Shown piece by piece: positions 26,452 through 28,037 of a stretch of DNA of 28,037 nt. The notes beneath the pieces were generated by a model. It was not told where the DNA came from. It did no database searches and worked only from the letters and a program-made list of their open reading frames with translations. Positions within the stretch are counted from its first letter, which is position 1. Every line of letters begins with the position of its first letter. The stretch comes from an uncultured delta proteobacterium (GTDB taxonomy: Bacteria; Desulfobacterota; Binatia; UBA9968). The stretch is taken from assembly GCA_963840855.1 (NCBI GenBank), contig CAWJBB010000047.1, forward strand, positions 1 to 28,037. The letters run 5' to 3'. Both the position numbers and the translations under genes were made by a program.

Positions 26452-26818
26452 GCCGCAGGTGCTTGCGTAAGGGGTAGGCGTTCTCGAAATCGGGCGTGCT
26501 GTGAACGGATGGAGTTGGGCCGGGGCACCTGGCTACCGGGCTAACGCAGATAATGGGGAGACGGTCTTCGTTCTTCCTTGGCGGCAGGAGGCATCACCGC
26601 GGGATATTTTCTCCGACGCATCGCCGATTTCCGAGAGACGGGTACGCCTGGGCGAAAGCTGTTTGTCGGAAAATTCGGGGATCTCCGAAAAGTTAATCTT
26701 TTTCGGCGTCATACTTTTTTTTTCTTTCCGGCTCGCGCTAGAGATTGCCAGCTTGGCTGGAATGACGTACAGAGCGTACAGAGTTAGACGCCATACTCGC
26801 GAAAGGAGATCGATCGTG

Positions 26819-27922
26819 ATGGACGCTAAAGCGATTCTGGCTCGGCCTGACGATCATAGAGGCATTCTCAGTATGGCGGAGGCTGTCGATGCCATGCTGG
26901 AGGCTTTCAAATACTGGGCTCGGGACCCGCTGATCGCGGAGTTGCGCCGCCGCACTCATACGCCAAAGAATGTACGGATTACTCTCCATCAAGGCGCGGC
27001 TCCCGAATATGGCACCACGGGGACGATGAGTCACGCTGAATTGGTCAGAATTTTTGGCGACGTTCAGCGCTACCCGCGTCGTGGGCGGCCGGTTTTGGTT
27101 CTTTATCATTCGGATACCGCTGCCCTAAAGCTTATTCTCGTGGGTGAAATGCATCCGAAGGAATTGCCCCACGCCAATAGCGTTGTCGCCATGCCCACCG
27201 CTTGTGCTTCGATGATCGGCACCAATCTTCTGGCGCGAAAAGATTGCAAGGTCGCGGGCATCTTCGGCGCCGGCGACCAGGCTAAAATGCATTTGTTAGC
27301 TCTCACATGCATTCGCCCGACGATCGCCGAAGTACGCGTCTATAGTCCCACGCCGGCGAGAAGAGAAGCGTTCGCGAAAGAGATGTCCGAAGTTCTTGAC
27401 CTGCCCGTAAGCGCGGTTGGCGAATCGCGAGAAGTGATCCACGGCGCCGACGTGATCGTCTGCGCGACAAACTCCAACGTGCCGGTCTTCGATGGGGACT
27501 GGCTTGAGCCGGGGCAGCATGTCACGTCGATTGTTTCCAGCAACATTTCGTTGCTCAAAAGAGGTTACGTTCAACAGATGCGGCGTGAAATCGATAACCG
27601 GACCCTGGAACGCTCGGAAGTTCTTATGACCAACGTATGGGGGCAAGAAGAACTCGATCGTACCGCGGTGTTTTGGGAAATCGCTCAAAAGCGTCCAGAT
27701 CTGGCGAAGGAGATGGTGGATGCGGGCCAGGTTCTCCGACACGAGAGGCCGGGCCGAACTCACGCGGAACAAATTACCTATTTCAAGAATTGTGCATTCT
27801 GGGGTATCGGTGCGGCTGCCATCGGCGGACTCATTTACGACCGGTTATTGAAACAGAACAAAGGCATCATCCTCGACTTCAATCCTTTTGAATATTATGA
27901 CGAGGGCTGGGAAGGAGATTAG
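26819..27922 (+). CDS. Ornithine cyclodeaminase/mu-crystallin family protein, atypical active site
   Basis: AAGGAG RBS then GTG 26816/ATG 26819; LARKD..VAGIFGAGDQAKMH; VRVYSPT; ADVIVCATNS..PVFDGDWLEPGQHV; REID; PGR...EQITYFK. Confidence 0.87.
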   Translation: MDAKAILARPDDHRGILSMAEAVDAMLEAFKYWARDPLIAELRRRTHTPKNVRITLHQGAAPEYGTTGTMSHAELVRIFGDVQRYPRRGRPVLVLYHSDTAALKLILVGEMHPKELPHANSVVAMPTACASMIGTNLLARKDCKVAGIFGAGDQAKMHLLALTCIRPTIAEVRVYSPTPARREAFAKEMSEVLDLPVSAVGESREVIHGADVIVCATNSNVPVFDGDWLEPGQHVTSIVSSNISLLKRGYVQQMRREIDNRTLERSEVLMTNVWGQEELDRTAVFWEIAQKRPDLAKEMVDAGQVLRHERPGRTHAEQITYFKNCAFWGIGAAAIGGLIYDRLLKQNKGIILDFNPFEYYDEGWEGD

Positions 27923-28037
27923 AGACTGGGAAGGGCAGTGGGGCCAGGCATTACTTTTTTGTCACACACTCGAATCATGCGTCTTTGGGTGTCGTCAGTA
28001 TTTGATCGAGGCCGAGTATTTGTTTCAAGGCGTAAGT

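Noticed and set aside
26501-26815. ~105-aa N-terminal extension of the OCD ORF
   Set aside because: There is a strong RBS just before 26816/26819. The extension runs through a poly-T regulatory-looking region and is not family-like.

Overview
A GC-rich bacterial chromosomal window. The many stand-alone solute-binding proteins and catabolic hydrolases resemble Ca. Binatia/Deltaproteobacteria-like soil genomes, but that assignment is only an inference. Bases 1-21000 are a catabolic patchwork. The left end carries a glutathione peroxidase (cut by the window edge), a Tat-exported dienelactone hydrolase, a metal-hydrolase, a B12 radical SAM enzyme, a GNAT, an HpaB-type monooxygenase, a PuuE-like deacetylase, a TctC/Bug binding protein, a VOC protein, an Fe3+-type binding protein and two amidohydrolases. 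A convergent minus-strand operon then encodes two binding proteins, hydantoinase A, hydantoinase B, an acetone-carboxylase gamma-like Zn subunit, an isochorismatase-fold protein and a truncated binding protein. Bases 21300-26450 form a defence/toxin-antitoxin islet: an McrBC pair, one intact ParE/RelE-type module and three antitoxins without toxins. The window ends with an atypical ornithine cyclodeaminase/mu-crystallin gene. Several single-base frameshifts suggest long-read errors. The best candidates for new biology are the McrB N-terminal reader domain (apparently a remote E. coli McrB-N homolog with a changed base pocket), the three-subunit Acx-like ATP-dependent enzyme operon, and two enzymes that lack canonical catalytic residues. 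No rRNA, tRNA or CRISPR array was seen.
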